In this document: piece after piece, positions 38,044 through 52,624 of the stretch
How the letters are laid out: each line of letters opens with the position of its first letter
Numbering within the stretch: position 1 is the stretch's first letter
NCBI GenBank assembly: GCA_028534125.1
Contig: CM052817.1
Location: forward strand, 82,276,001 to 82,340,000
Direction of reading: 5' to 3'
DNA length: 64,000 nucleotides
From: Lama glama
Taxonomy: Eukaryota
Made by a program: the position numbers and the translations under genes
The notes under the pieces: generated by a model
The model's input: only the letters and a program-made list of their open reading frames with translations
What the model was told of the DNA's origin: nothing
Database searches by the model: none

Positions 38044-40048
38044 TGAAGTTACTTTTTTTAATTAAAGCATAGTGTATTACAATATTATACTAGTTTCAGA
38101 TATACAACACAGTGATTCAATATTTTATAGATTATACTCATTTAAAGTTATTATAAAATAATGGCTATCCCTGTGCTGTGCAATATATCCTTGTAGCTTA
38201 TTTATTTTTCACATAATAGTTTGTATCTCTTAATCTCTTACCCATATCTTGCCCCTTCCCCCTCTCTCCCCACTAACCATTAGTTTTTTTACTATATCTA
38301 CATAAAAATGATAACATACAGTATTTATCTTTCTCTGCATGACTTATTTCACTAAGTATAATACCCTCTATTTCATCCCTGTTGTTGCAGATGGTAAAAT
38401 TTCATTATTTTTATGGCTGAGTAATATTTAATTATAAAAAGTATATCATATATATATCACTTCAATTATATATATATAATTATGTGTATATACCACTTAT
38501 TTATCCAGTCATCTGTTGCTTCCGTATCTTGCCTATTGCAAATAATACTGCTGTGAACATTGAGGTGCATGTATCTTTTTGAGTTAGTGTTTCATTTTCT
38601 TCATATATATACCTAGGAATAAAATTGTTAGATCATATGGTAGTTCTATTTTTGGTGTTTTGAGGAGCCTCCATGCTGTTTTCCATAGTGGCTGCACCAA
38701 TTTACATTCCCACCAACAGTATACTAGGGTTTTCTCCACATCCTCACCAACATTTGTTATTTGTAGACATTTTGATGATAGCCATTCCAAGAGATGTGAT
38801 TTTGATCTGAATTTCTCTGATTAGAGATCTTGAGCATCTTTTTACTTGCCTATTGAGCATTTGTATATCTTCACTGGAAAAATTTCTTTTGGTCTTCTGC
38901 CCATTTTATAATTGAGTTGTTTGGTTTTTTTGATATAGAGTTCTAGAAACTGCTTATATATTTTGGATATTAATGCCTTACTGGTAATACCAGTATTTGT
39001 TATTTCAGGGGTTTTCTCTTGTTTTTTGAACTGAAACAAGTTCTCTGTCTTCTCATTTTGCTTGACTTTCTCTGTCTCTATGAATTTAGTTGAAACAGTT
39101 ACCGGTCCCAGTCTTGAAGGGCTGTCCTTGTGTGGGTGTGTCCCGACACAGTCCGTGTGTGCCCAGTGACTTTGGTGGGAGAGGTGGATCTGAGATGAGC
39201 AGATTCACATCCTTCCCCAGGGTGTGCTAGCAACTATCACCTTGGTAGGAGGTAAGGCTGGAGTTGGAGGGGCTAGAGCCAGGGCCAGGTGTGAGCCAAG
39301 GCTTCTTCTCAGCTCAGTGGCCAACACCACCCTGTTGGGGGCAGGGTTGGGTCCCAAGTTACTGTGGCAGGAGCCCTGAGATTCAGGTCTGAGCTAGCTC
39401 TGGTCCCTCTACATGTGTGTGGTTTCCCCTGTCCTAGCACTGGCACCTTCACCCCTGAAGGGAACAGTGCTAGTGCAAGAAGGGCTGGAGGGGACACTTG
39501 GCATGGGTCAGGGCTCTGGCTGTGTTGGTCCTTCACAAGTGAGAACACCCCTAGGCTGCTACAGCTCCCACCTTGGTGTGGAGCTGACTGCTGAGCATGT
39601 GGGGCAGAGTGGGCACTCACCTTGGTGGGGTCCCATGCTGGTTGTGTTAGCCCAGAAAACTGCCAGCCACATGCGGTTTCAGTCTGCTTCCTTTGCCTTG
39701 TTTCAGGATTAAGCAAGTTTGTGCTCACTTTTCATGTGTGGAGCCTAGGTTTCCTACAGCTGTCCTGTGAGTCCCACTGGTTTTCAAACCCTAGGAGAAT
39801 TTATCTTCCTAGGGTTAGGCATCAGGCCTGGGGCACCCAATATGTGGCTCGAAATATTCATACCCAGGGAGTATCTCCACATGTATAATCCTCTACCCTT
39901 TAGTCTCCTCTCTGAGCACTAGTCCAGAACTGAATGCCTCTCTTCCCTTCTTTCCCAATTCAGTATGGATCTTTTTTTAAAGCCTTGGTTGTATGAGTCT
40001 TTCTGCCAGTCTCCAGTTAGTTTTCAGTGAGCTCCTGAAGTTACTTTT
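38044..40048 (-). mobile_element. Internally deleted L1: 5'UTR and ORF1 start joined to ORF2 end and 3'UTR, with 13-bp TSD
   Basis: TGAAGTTACTTTT at 38044-38056 and 40036-40048; ORF1-like start ATG AGA AGA CAG AGA at 39056(-); junction ~38992 into the ORF2 C-terminus ([22 protein letters not shown]). Confidence 0.8.
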
Positions 40049-41858
40049 AAAACCGATGTGGTATACGTGTATTTGAATTGCTGAAGTATTAATTTTTGAT
40101 ATAGCTATTTTTTTCTCCACTATAAAGGATGATACATTTTATTTTTACTAGCTCTGTCTCCCTAGTTTGCTCCTAAAATAATTGACTCTTCTTTTCTTCA
40201 CTCTTCTTCTACTTTTCAAGGTGTCTTCTAGCTCTATTATTTGATTCTTTAACACAATCTAGAAGATAAGTCTGTAAAAAGTTTTCATCATTGTCTATTG
40301 GTAATACACTTGATAGAACAGTAAGAGTCATGAACGTATGTTATATATGAACTGGCTTCTTCACTTACATATGTTTTCCCATTGGATGGTATAGAAGTTG
40401 TTAAAAAAAAATCTGGGCAACCTAGGTAATTATTTGGATATCAATTTCTTCATGCTATAAATGCTATAGACTGAGTGATCTCTAAAATAATTTTCATATT
40501 CAGTGAGCAAAAATAAATTCATATGATAGCTCTTGGTTTTCTAGCACTATTTCTAGGAATACATCTCCTTACCAGCTAACTCCCTGAGTCTGACTGAATT
40601 GAAATATATATTTCTTCAATGAAATTAGATAATTCTGGAAATTATAGATCAATGACAGTTGCCAGATTATCTAAACAACTTCTTTTTTTCATTTGCTTTG
40701 CTTATGAAGTTAACTTCTGTTCACAGTTTAGCTTCTCACAAAGATTTTTCCACAGGAAATTGATGTACACTTATATCTGATAGACAATATTTTTCCATAA
40801 GTATAAATAAAGTCAACAAATAGTTTTAGGATCTACATTATCCAGGCATTATACTGAGAGGTGGAGGTGCAAAAAATAAAATACAAAAAATAAATACAGT
40901 AAAATACAAAAATATAAATACAAACACTAACTTATGCCAAGGAGTTATAATACAATGTAGCAAATACAGTTATTCAAATAGACACAGTTTTGCTGGGAAT
41001 GAAGAAAATGGTCTTGATCCTGACAGTGGGAGCAGAGTGAGAAAGACACATAAAAAGAAATAATACTTTGCATAGGCTTAATTGTACACTATGATGTCGT
41101 TGGAGCGTAAAGTTTGGTTTGGGGGATTAATATTGAGGCTAAGAGCATAAGCTTGAATTTTAGTGCCTACAAAAAAACTATAAGTTAGGCATAAATGACC
41201 TTCTTACAGCTTCTAATTTATACGAAATTTAGGAAGCTACGTTAACTTGTCAAAAGACACATAAAATATTGCTTTTTAAATAATAATTTATAGTATTTCA
41301 TAATACATGTTTGGCATAATTAAAAAATAGTAAAATAGGAGATGCCAAAGAAATTTGTCATTTATAAAACACACTATTGGATAAATTAAAAGATCTCCCA
41401 GAGAATATTTTATTTCTGTCAGTGATGAGCTAACAAGACTAGATTCCCCATGATAAATGACTATAATTCTGAACAAAATATACTAGATAATTATTTTCAG
41501 ACATTTAACATTAGATAATGAAGGACTATGATTCAAAGTAGAAGGGAAACAAGAGATTTGAGTCAATTTCAAATCTCAAATCTTTATCCTGACTTTCAAC
41601 CAACATTATCTGGATTGTGTGGCAGAGTGAAAAGAAGACTAAATTACAGAACTCTCACTGAGCTGAGAAGGCTTGAGTTCAAGGCTGCGGGGGTGACCGA
41701 AATGTGCTGGGTAGGAGAGTAGAGGCCTATACAGAAAAAGAAAATCCTAACGGCCTTTTCTTGAATTATTGGCAAATATTTAGCTGTAGAAGCTATGAGA
41801 AAGAGTCCATAAAGTTAGAGAAAGAACAGTTACCAGGAGATGTGAGCTGGGGAGGAAA

Positions 41859-41862
<4 letters not shown>

Positions 41863-41898
<36 letters not shown>
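41863..41898. repeat. (CA)n microsatellite
   Basis: Direct reading. Confidence 0.95.
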
Positions 41899-41901
<3 letters not shown>

Positions 41902-43851
41902 GAAAATGAACAGACAAAAGTGAACAATGTTCAGATTCCAAAAAGCAAGAGTGAAGAGTCCTCATTGAATAGCTGGACATTGAATAGACTTCAGAAATTG
42001 TGAATCCGGAGTAGGTCTACTCTAACTCTTGAATAAAGGTTACTTTAGTTTTACCCTAGTTACACTTAAAAACAACCACTGAATGGATCAAGCTAGTGTG
42101 CAAATAAATTAACGCCATGAAAAAACCTCAAAACTGTATTCAGGGAAACAATAAAATTTAGATAAACACTAACATAGCACTTACAATGTCCAAAATGCCG
42201 TAAAATACTTCTAGATATGTGAAGAAGCAAAAAATGTCTCATAATAAGATGAAAAATAACTATTAAAATAGACACAGAACTGTCAGAGATAATGAAATTA
42301 AGAAATAATTTTAAAAGGTCTATTAAAATGTGTTCAAATATTTAAGAAAAGAGCATAAAGATAATGAAAGAACAAATATAAAATCTCCCTAGAGAAATAA
42401 ATACTGTAAAAATAAACCAAATGCACATGTAAAATAGACAAATTAAATATCCAAAGTGAAATTTCCAAAAAGATGGGCTCATAAACAAATTAGAACCAAT
42501 TAAATAAAATATTTGAACATGAATAAAGGGAAAAACTGAATGCTTCTAACTGCTTAAAACGGAAATACAGAAAAAAAAAACAGAGTTTCAGGGAGCTCTG
42601 GGAAAATATCTAATAGTCTCATATGCATGTAATTGGCATACAGTAAGAAGAGAGAAAATTTCAAGCAAAAAGATTAATGGCCAAATATTTCAAATTTCAA
42701 TGTAAACATAAATCAGTAGCTTTAAGAAGCTTAATCAACATTAAGCAGAATATACATAACAAAATGGACATCAAGGTACATTATAATCAAATTGCCAAAA
42801 CTGAAAATAAATAAAGAGAAAAACTTTAAAAGAACTAAGGGGAGAAAAAAAAAGACATATTGCAATTAGAAGAACAACGTAAAAATACTTTTTAATACAA
42901 AATTTTTCTTTCAAAAACTTTAACCTATAATTGCCTATCCAACATAAATATGCTAGGCAAATGCAAAGGAAATAAAGACTTTTCTAAATAAAGAAAAGCT
43001 ATGAGAATTTAATGCCAGCAAACCTGCACTGTGTCCAGTATTTATGATGGTATTTATAGTAGACAAATGGATTGTAAAGACACATACATATTCAAAGGAG
43101 AATAAAAAATGGTGAACCAAAGAAACACCAATCATAAAAAAATGGAGTGTCCATATTAGTAATAAAATCAGTTCCAGAACAAGAAAGATTACCAGAAATA
43201 AAACAGACATTTCACACTGATAAAAGTTGAATTAATCACAAAGACATAACAATTCTGAAAATATGTGTATGTGGTAACAAAGCTTCGAATATTGGCAAAA
43301 TATAAAAACTGAAGTGATAAAGAGGCCAACTGAGATTATAGTTGTAAAGGTCAACAAGTTCCCTTCTCAGTCATTTATAGAATAAGTATATAGCAAATCA
43401 GTAAGGGTATTAAAAGACTTGAGAGATACTATCAACCAACTAGAACTAACACACATTTATAAAAAACTGCACCCAACCACGATAGACTACATGTTTTTCG
43501 ACTACCCACAGACAACTAACTAGAGTAGGCCATGTGCTAGAATAATGGCATTATATTAGAAACAGTGGTATTAGTAGAAATCAAAACAATGGTATTGTAT
43601 TAGAAATCAGTAACAAAAAATCATTATAAAATCCTCAAATATTTGGAAATTAAGTAACATATTTATAAATGATCTATGACTTAAAGAAGAAATCATATTA
43701 AGGGAAATTATAAAACATTTAAAAATAAATGATAATATATCAACATTTGTGGGATGTAGCTAAATTATGGCTTAGACGCTAACTTATAAATGCTTATAGA
43801 AAAGACAAAAAATTTAAATCTAATGATCTAAATATCCACCTTAAGAAGCTG

Positions 43852-45266
43852 TAAAAAGAACAGACTAGAGAACCCAGATATAAAGCAATACACATGCAGT
43901 CAATTAATCTTCAACAAAGGAGGCAAGAGTATACAATGAAGAAAAGACAGTCTCTTCAGCAAGTGGTGTTGGGAAAGCTGGACAACTACATGTAAATCAA
44001 TGAAGCTAGAACACACCCTCATACCATACACAAAAATAAACTCAAAATGACTTGAAGACTTAATTATAAGACATGACACCATAAAACTCCAAGGAGAAAA
44101 CATAGGCAAAACATTCTCTGACACAAATCTTAGCAATGTTTTCTTAGGTCACTGTCCCAAGGCAATAGAAATAAAAGCAAAAATAAACTAATGGGACCTA
44201 GTTAAACTTACAAGCTTTTGCACAATGAAGGAAACCATAAACAAAATGAAAAGACAACAGTGAAGCTGACAAGGGCTTACAAAATATACAAACAGCTCAT
44301 ACAACTGAATAACAAAAAAAAATCCACTCAAAAAATGGGCTGAAGACCTAAGTAGACATTTCTTCAAAGAAGACATACAAATGGCCAACAGGCACATGAA
44401 AAGATGCTCAACATCACTAATTATTAGAGAAATGCAAATCAACACTATAATGAGGTACCACTTCACATTGGTCAAAGTGGCCATAATTAAAAAGTCTACA
44501 AATAACAAATGCTGGAGATGGTGTGGAGTAAGGAACCCTCCTACACTCTTGATGGAAATGTAAATTGGTACAGCCGCTATGGAAGATGATAAAAACTAAA
44601 AATAGAGTTGCCATATGATCCAGCAATCCCACTCCTGGGCATATATCTTTAGGTAACACTAATTCAAAAAGATGCATGTGCCCCAATTTTCATAGTAGCA
44701 CTATTTACAACAGCCAAGACATGGAAGCAACTCAGGTGTTCATTAACGAATAAATAAAGAAGATGTTGTATATATATATATATATATAAACAGAAATACT
44801 ACTCAGCTATAAAAAAGGAGTGAAATAGTGTCATTTGCAGCAACATGGTTGAATGTAGAGATTATCATGCTAAGTGAAGTAAGTCAAAAAGAGAAAGACA
44901 AATACTGTATGATATAACTTATATGTTGAATCTAAAATATGACACAAACGAACTTCTTTACAAAATAAAAACTGACTCACATACGTAGAAAACAAACTTA
45001 TGGCTAACAAAGGGGAAAAGAGGTGAGAGAGGGATAAATTAGGAGTTTAGGATTAGCAAATACAAACTACTATATATAAAATATATTTTTTTAAAAAAAG
45101 ATCCTACTGTATAGCACAGGGAAGTATATTCAATATCCAGTAATGAACCATAATGGAAAATAATATGAAAAATGATATATATGCATACATAAAACTGAAT
45201 CACTTTGCTGTACACGAGAAGCTAACACAACATTGTACATCAACTATACTTCGATAAAAAGAACAG
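43852..45266 (+). mobile_element. Younger 5'-truncated L1 (ORF2 end plus 3'UTR) nested in the older L1
   Basis: TSD TAAAAAGAACAG at 43852-63 and 45255-66; ORF 44381-44563 [29 protein letters not shown] is ORF2p C-terminus. Confidence 0.9.
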
Positions 45267-45849
45267 TAAATTAAATTTGAAATAAGGGAAGAAAAGCAAT
45301 TGTAAATAGAATTAAATCAGTTAAACAGAAAATGGACAAAACAGAAATAATTAATGAAAATAAAACTTGATTCTCTAAAATAATTAATAAGATTGGTAAA
45401 CCACTAACTAGATTAATCAAGAAAAAATAGAGAAAATACAAGTGAATAATTTAGGAATTAAATTAAAAACATCGCTATAAATTATTCAGAAGGATAATAA
45501 AAGAATATTTTGATAAAATTATTAATTCACTTCAAAGATATGGACAAATTCTTTGAGAATAAATTACTGAAAATTTTACAAGGTAAATGTAAAAAATAAC
45601 AATCTTATGTATTAAGGTAATTACGTTTTAATTATAAACTTTCCAACTAAGAAAACTCCAGGCCAGAAGGCTTATCAAAGTTCTATGCCAAAAAAACTGT
45701 AAAAAAAAAAAAAATTTACAAAAACTCTTTTATAAAGGAGCAATAAACGCTTCTCACCTTTGTAAGGCTAGTAATTCTGAAGACATTACAAAAAAAAAAA
45801 AAAAGAAAAGAAAAGAAACTACACACTAGTATCATTCACTAATATTGCC

Positions 45850-46020
45850 CTAGGGTTTTTTTTCTTTAAAAGCTCAGCGATTAAATATTTTTTACTTTTG
45901 AGGGTCATATTGTCTTGTTGAAACTGCTCAACTCTTCCATAACAGTGTAAAATTGATCATAGAGTATATGTAAATGAATTTACATGGTTAAGTTTCAATT
46001 AAATTTTATCAGACTAACCT
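45850..46020 (+). mobile_element. MER58-like hAT MITE
   Basis: AAATATTTTT.ACTTTTGAGGGTCATA..AACTGCTCAACTCT..TATGTAAATGAAT. Confidence 0.55.
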
Positions 46021-49000
46021 CTGTATAGATGCTATATATCTTAAATAAATATTAGCAAAACTTACTCAGCAAGCTCCAGAAATGTTTAATACATAGTGAC
46101 CAAATTTTGTTTATCCCAGGAATGCCACACATTTTAAATTCAAAATCCAACAATGTAATTCATCATAAAAGGGGAAACAAAATCATTATTGTACCAACAA
46201 ATTTAGAAAGTGTCAGACAAATCTAACACACACTCAAAATAAATGCTCCCAGCGTTCTAGCAATAGAATAAATTTTTTTCTCCAAAAAACCACAAAATAA
46301 AAGTATAGGTAGCATCACAATATATGTTAGGAACTGAAAACCTTCCCTTTACAACTGCAAACAGGGCTATACATGTCTATTCATCATTTCCATTCAGACC
46401 ACAGGTCTGAGCCAGTGCACTAAGTCAAGGGAAAGGGGAAAAAAAGGTCGTACCAATTCACTAGGATGAAATAGTTATTTATATTCACAAAGGGCCTAAT
46501 CATGTATGTAGAACATAGTAAGGAACAAAAAACAAAACAATGCAACAAGAAAAAATACTACAAGTGCTAATGAAAGAATTTAGCAAAGTGATAGAATAGA
46601 AGGTTAACTTGTGTGTGTGTGTGAACTGCAGGTATGATATCAGGTACAGAATTATTTTTAAAAAATATGATATAGTTAGGTATAAATTTAACAAAGTATG
46701 CGTAAGGATTATGCAAAGAAAATTACAAATTAGAAATCAATAGCAAAAAGGTAGCTGGAAAATCCGCATGCATTTGCCAACTAAGCATCCTATTTGCACA
46801 TAACCAATAGAACAAAAGAAAAATTTGAAAGTAAAAAAAATTTTGAAGTATATTAAAAATACATCATACTATAATTTGTGGCATGCAACTAAACAAAATC
46901 TCATTCAGGGAAACCTAAAAAAATTTAAGTAGGGATCTATACCAGGGTAATGAAAAGGAGTGTTTCATATTTTTTTGCTGCCGGTTCATCCAAGTTGATC
47001 TATAGATTCAATGCATTACTAGTAAAAATTCTAGCATATTGTTTGTGGAAATTAAGCAACTGATTACAAAATGTATGCAGAAATTTGAGGGACTTAGAAT
47101 AGACAAGACAATGTTGAAAAACAATGGTGGAGGAGTTACACTATTGGAAATCAAAATTTGCACACATCTGCGTTTACCAAGGTAGTTGATATGGTATTAA
47201 TATGAAGATATAAAACTAGGTTAATGGAACAGAATGGGATGCAGAAGTTGGTTCACATTTACGTGGTCAATTTATTTTCAAAATGACTCAATAAAAAAGC
47301 TAAAGTCTTCAAGATATATGATGCTGGAACATTTTTTTTTCTCATTATAGTGAAAAAGAGAATGTAGTATACCTCATACAATATGTATAAATTACTTTGA
47401 GGTGAATCATAGACTAAAAACACAAACTTCTATAAGAAAACAAGAAAACATCTTTTTATCCTTAAGAGACAATTTTTTTAATAGAAGACTGATGAAACAA
47501 ACTAGACTTGGAGAAAATGTGAAAATATCTACAATTCATTTGACAAAGAACTTGTATCCAGAATACATAATGACTGCTGCACTTCAATAATTAAAACACA
47601 ACCAAATTAAAAATTAGTTGAAAGATATGAAAAACAATTCACAAAATTAGATATGCAAATGCCCAGTAAGTACAGGAACAAGGTCAGCATTATTAGTCAT
47701 CAGAGAAATGCAAAATAACATCTCAGTGAAGTACTAGTACATAAGTATTAGATTTCAAAAAGACTGCCAACTCAACACACGATGTTGGCACGGATGAAGA
47801 CATTCATGATGGGAGGTTAGAATGATTAAAGTCATTTTGGAAATTAGCTTCTCAATTTTTCTTAAACTTTCTTTTTTTTTTTTAAATATGACCCAGCCAT
47901 TCTATACTGTTATTTAAATAAAAGAAATGAAAACATGTATACAAAAAGGTGGACGAGGATGTCCATAACATAACAAGGATGTTCAGAGTCGCTCAAAACA
48001 GGAAACATCCAAATGCCCATCAACTAGAGAGTGGTTAGGAGAATTGTATATCCGTATAGTGGAATAGCTCTCAGCAGATTAACATACCAAAAAGCAACAA
48101 GCTTCTAATTTGCACAAAATTGATAAACCTCAGGAATATTACACTATTCAGCTGATGAAAAGAAGCCAGGTACTCTTTACTTAGATTTGAAATTCTGTAA
48201 TAGTCAAAGAAACTTATGAGGCAACGAATCACAACAGTGATTGTTTCTGACATCGGGAGTAGGGAGAGGTATGGAGTTTGAGAAGCATAAGAGCTCTTTC
48301 TCAAATGATGAAAATATTCTGTATTTTGATGGAAGTCTGAGTTATCAAGTGAAAGAGTTTTTCAAAAGGTATTGAATTGTGCACTTAAGCTTTGTTTATT
48401 TTATAGATGTACAATATACCTCAGTAAAAAGATGCCCACTCCTTGAGATATATGTTCAATGTCCAGTTCATTTGATACATATTTGAAAAGCACTGACCAG
48501 ACAGTAGGAGTCTTTGAAGCATTTTAAGCATGGAATTTATATGTTCACATTTTCAATAATACATTTATATTTTTGATAGATCAATAAGGAGAGTGTGTGG
48601 AGAATAAAATAGAAATGAGCAAAACTTGGGATAAGAAAATCAATTAAAATTAAGAAAATAGCCTTTCATTTTAAAAAATAAGTAAAATTGTTTATTGGTG
48701 ATTTCTCTGGCAAGAATTACAAACCTAAAATATCTGCTAACCATGCATCTAATTAAGCCAACCTCAGAGATAACGAGAATTCACTAACTCAATATTCAGT
48801 ATATTCTTGTGAAAAATCAAATATTCATGAGCAAAGAGAATATTTAGCACTCCTGTGATATCAAGAGATTCATATTTATGCATATTCCAGCCCTTGCACT
48901 AGAGTCATATTTTCCAAACATTTTAGATCCTGAGCCATCTTTAACATACAAGCTCACAATTCATCTTGGGACTTTGTCATTTTGTAATTTTGACATCATA

Positions 49001-49299
49001 TATGATAAAAAAGTGATTCAAAGAAAAAGAAAAATATATAATATTTTATATTATTATACTATCAAATTATATTAGTAATGTATTTACCAATGTTGATACT
49101 AGCCTCCTTACATAAAGATAAATTTAAAGGTTTTCCCTCACTTTACAAATGATAGGTTTTTTTTTAATGTATTTCATAAAATTATTGAAACATTTGACCT
49201 GATTTTAAATAAAAATTTTCAATGACATATTATTATATTATTGATTTTGAGATTAGATCTGTATTAATTTAGACGTCATAACCTCAGCTTTGCTTCTGC

Positions 49300-49572
49300 T
49301 GACAGTTCTAATTCAAAATGCCCTCTTCACACCTCACCATACAACATGCACTTTCATGCATTATCTTGTTTCATTTTGCCTGTGTTAATTATCCTTATGT
49401 GACATATTTTTTTGCTTACAAGTTATTTTCTATCTCCATTCACTATTATATACATTTTACAATGGCAGGGTTTTCTCTTGTTTATGTAATATCCCCAGTG
49501 CCTACAATATTTCCAGGTTCATATTAAGCACCCTATAAATATTTGAATGAGTGAATGAAATAATGAATGAAT
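49300..49572 (+). mobile_element. L2 3' end
   Basis: ATATCCCCAGTGCCTACAA..TAAATATTTGAATGAGTGAATGAA tail. Confidence 0.75.
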
Positions 49573-50327
49573 AAAACTTCAGAAAGTTCTAACATAGAAG
49601 GCATTTATTGCATTTATTTGATTACATTTCTCTTTACTTCCAGTTTTTAAGAGAACAATTATTTTGCCTGTTCATTTTCTTCTTTTTCCCCCTTTACTAA
49701 TGTTGAGAAGTCAAGGGTGGAAAGAAATCAGAATTGTGGGATTGTAAAAAAAAAAAATTGTTCAACTTGGTATGTTTAAAATGATCATAACCATATTCTG
49801 ATTTCATGTCACAGTGGGAATAATTCTAGTTTCAAGAAATGGATTGGAAAAATCTCAAGCTTAATTTCTTGCAATTTTGCATGTAAGTAGATAAGTAGGT
49901 TTAAGAAGAGGTCACTGAAATGTAATTATAACTGTTCATTAAAGAAAAAGTGATCTGTTGCCAAAGCCCCAAAGCTTTATAACTTGGTGAGCAGAGTAAG
50001 AACAGCTAAATCTGGTTCAAATCAGCTTTAGGTAAATGATTATTAGATTCCATTCTCCCTTCTGTCTGTGCTAAGAAAAAAACAAAACATATGAAATTTA
50101 AAAAGCTACCATTTGAACCCCTTGGGAAGTGGTTCAGATTCTGACAGTTCTAGAGGAAAGAGCATAAATGTGACCTCAGAACTAATAAGCAAAGTGATGT
50201 GAGAAGTCCTAGATCAGTTTCTGTAAACCCTGAATGCTTCCTCATTGATGCTGTTATATCTCCCCTCTTCATCCACTTCTCCATCACTCTCTAGTGTACC
50301 AGTTTAAATCACTTATATAAACCTGAT

Positions 50328-50977
50328 AAAATTGGAATATTTAAGAGGTACAAATTTCCAGTTGCAAAATAAAAGAGTCATTAGTATGAATGTTCGGTGT
50401 GGGGAATACAGTCAGTAATAATGCCATGTCTTTGTATGGTGACAGATGGTAACTAGATATATTGTGGTGATTGTTTTACACTGTTAAGAAATACTGAATC
50501 ACTCTTTGGTGCACCAGGAACTAACATAGTGTTTAGGTCAGTAGTACTTCAAAAACAAATAAACAGACTCATAGAAGACGAGATCAGATTTGTGGTTACC
50601 AGAGGTGGAGGGGAGTAGAGGGAAGAGGAATTCGATGAAGGCAGTCAAAAGGTATAAACTTTCAGTTATAAGATAAGTAATTGCTAGGGATGTAATGTAC
50701 AACATGGTGAATGTAATTAACACTGTGTATGTTATGTATGAAAATTGTTAAGAGAGTAAATCCTAAGAGTTCTCACCACAAAGAAAATACGTATTTTTCT
50801 ATCTCTTTTCATTTTATATTCTGTATCTATATGAGATGAAGGATTTTTACTAAACTTATTATGGTGATCATTTCATGATGTATATAAGTCAAATCATTAT
50901 GCTGTCTGCCTTAAAGTTAGTGTTGTATGTCAATTGTATATCAATAAAACTGGAAGGGAAAAAACTAGAATATTTAA
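50328..50977 (+). mobile_element. L1 3'UTR insertion (L1MA9-like) with 17-bp TSD
   Basis: AAAATTGGAATATTTAA (50328-44) and AAAACTAGAATATTTAA (50961-77); GTGGTTACCAGAGG..AAACTTTCAGTTATAAGATAAG..GTCAATTGTATATCAATAAA. Confidence 0.85.
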
Positions 50978-52624
50978 AGTACTTTATTATACTAGGTTAC
51001 AATAACTTCAATTCTGGAATGCTTTCTAAATCCAAAAGGAAAAAAAAAAGTAATATTCCCAGGATTCAAATGATGCCTGGATAGTGCAGAGGCAAAAAGC
51101 CCTTTCAGGACCCCATTAATATTGACTTCAGCATCAATAGTAACCTTGTTTGGCCCACCCCTGCATGACACTTATGTACAATAGGAGTTAGACAGTAACA
51201 TCAACTACACAAGTTAGTTTAGCAAGAATAACCAGCTGACTGATTAATTTCTATTGTTTATATTTTTACTAATGTTACCCAAACTGGTCCTGATCATTAT
51301 CCTTTTTAAGTGTTTTTAGATTAAATCATTCAAAGTTAAACAAATCTGCTTTTGAAAATTTTCAATGACATACATTTGATCACTGTTCATTCATTCACTC
51401 ATTCATTTAAACAATCATGTTTGGAGTCATTGACCATTTATTACCTATCAATATATTAAACTAGTTTTCGTTTTTCTTATAGGAAAAAGTAACAATGACA
51501 TTCTGAGTAAAAGCTATTAAAAGCTAAGGTATTAACTAAATAATAGGTAGCAAGAGCACATTTTTTTTTTTACTGAAGGCTTAAAAATAATTTATTTATT
51601 ATTCCTTCTCCAAATCCCTTTAAAGTATTAAAGGACAATTATTATACCAAAATTTCTGGTGGAGAAATAGTGGCTCAACAAAATTAGATGACTTTCAGAA
51701 CTCAGAAGTAACTCTTAGTGCACACTCTACTTCTTTCAATATGAAATTATTTTTTCTACAAAAATCATTTTAATCCAAAGTAGAATAGAATATAAAGACT
51801 CTAAATGAGCTTAATTACTCAAGAACCAGTTAGAGTATGTTCCATTAAGTAGTCTGAACAACCTTAGTTCAACCAAACGGCAAAATTTTTTCCGAACCCA
51901 TAGGTAGGTGCTGGGTATTGCTTTAATTCCAGTTAATTAAAAGTGTTTGATAAATTATGGTGCATCTAAGTGTAAGATCTTTAAAATAAAAGAATTAATT
52001 AATCCATGTAGGTTTCAGATAACACCTAATCTATATGCCAGATGCTTCTGTGGTTATGAGTGATGTTTGGGATGCTGCAACCATTGTAAACATAAGAACA
52101 AAGGTAAGAATAAAAAACGGAATATGGGGAAAACTTTGGCCCTTGATGTTATTGAGCCACCGAATTAATCAGCTCTAAAAGCGACCCCATTCTGTCATTT
52201 ATTCATTCATCCATTTATTTGATAATACCTTTTTTGGTTGTTTATTCTGTTTGAATTGGAAATTTTCATTAAATGCAGTCTGTAGCCTTTTAACTGATAT
52301 AGAAAGCAAATGAAATAAAAAGTTGCTTGGCAAAGCATGAAATCGGAGAAAGGGGATTTAAATGATTCAAATGTTTATTGACATGAGGAAAAGGTAGTCT
52401 AAAAAACATCTCTTCCTCTGAAATATGACCTTAAGGAACTGAAGTATTTGAAACTGGGAGTGACAGCAGTCTTTCCCTTAGTAGTTTCTAGGCTTTAACA
52501 TGGATTAGAATCATCTGAAGAGCTCACTGAAGCATGAGATTTCAGCTCCTCATGTTGCGTATTTCTCCCATTTTGGGGGGGTTTCTTAGAGCTTACCCTC
52601 ACTTGGCTTGATGGGAAGTAAAAG

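Larger units (their letters stand above)
41440..48430 (+). mobile_element. Old, long L1 (5' region, ORF1, ORF2, 3'UTR remnants) interrupted by younger insertions
   Basis: ORF1 C-terminal motif KEKL.EFNASKPAL at ~42990-43030; endonuclease/RT-region motifs (ATCAACCAACTAGA, GTTTATCCCAGGAATGC, GATCTATAGATTCAATGCA); 3'UTR ending ~48425. Confidence 0.75.

Noticed and set aside
39309..39888. GC-rich ORFs of 76-139 aa
   Set aside because: They lie within the L1 5'UTR-like part of a TSD-bounded element and resemble no protein I know.
43900..44686. ORFs of 60-106 aa
   Set aside because: Sense and antisense readings of decayed L1 ORF2.
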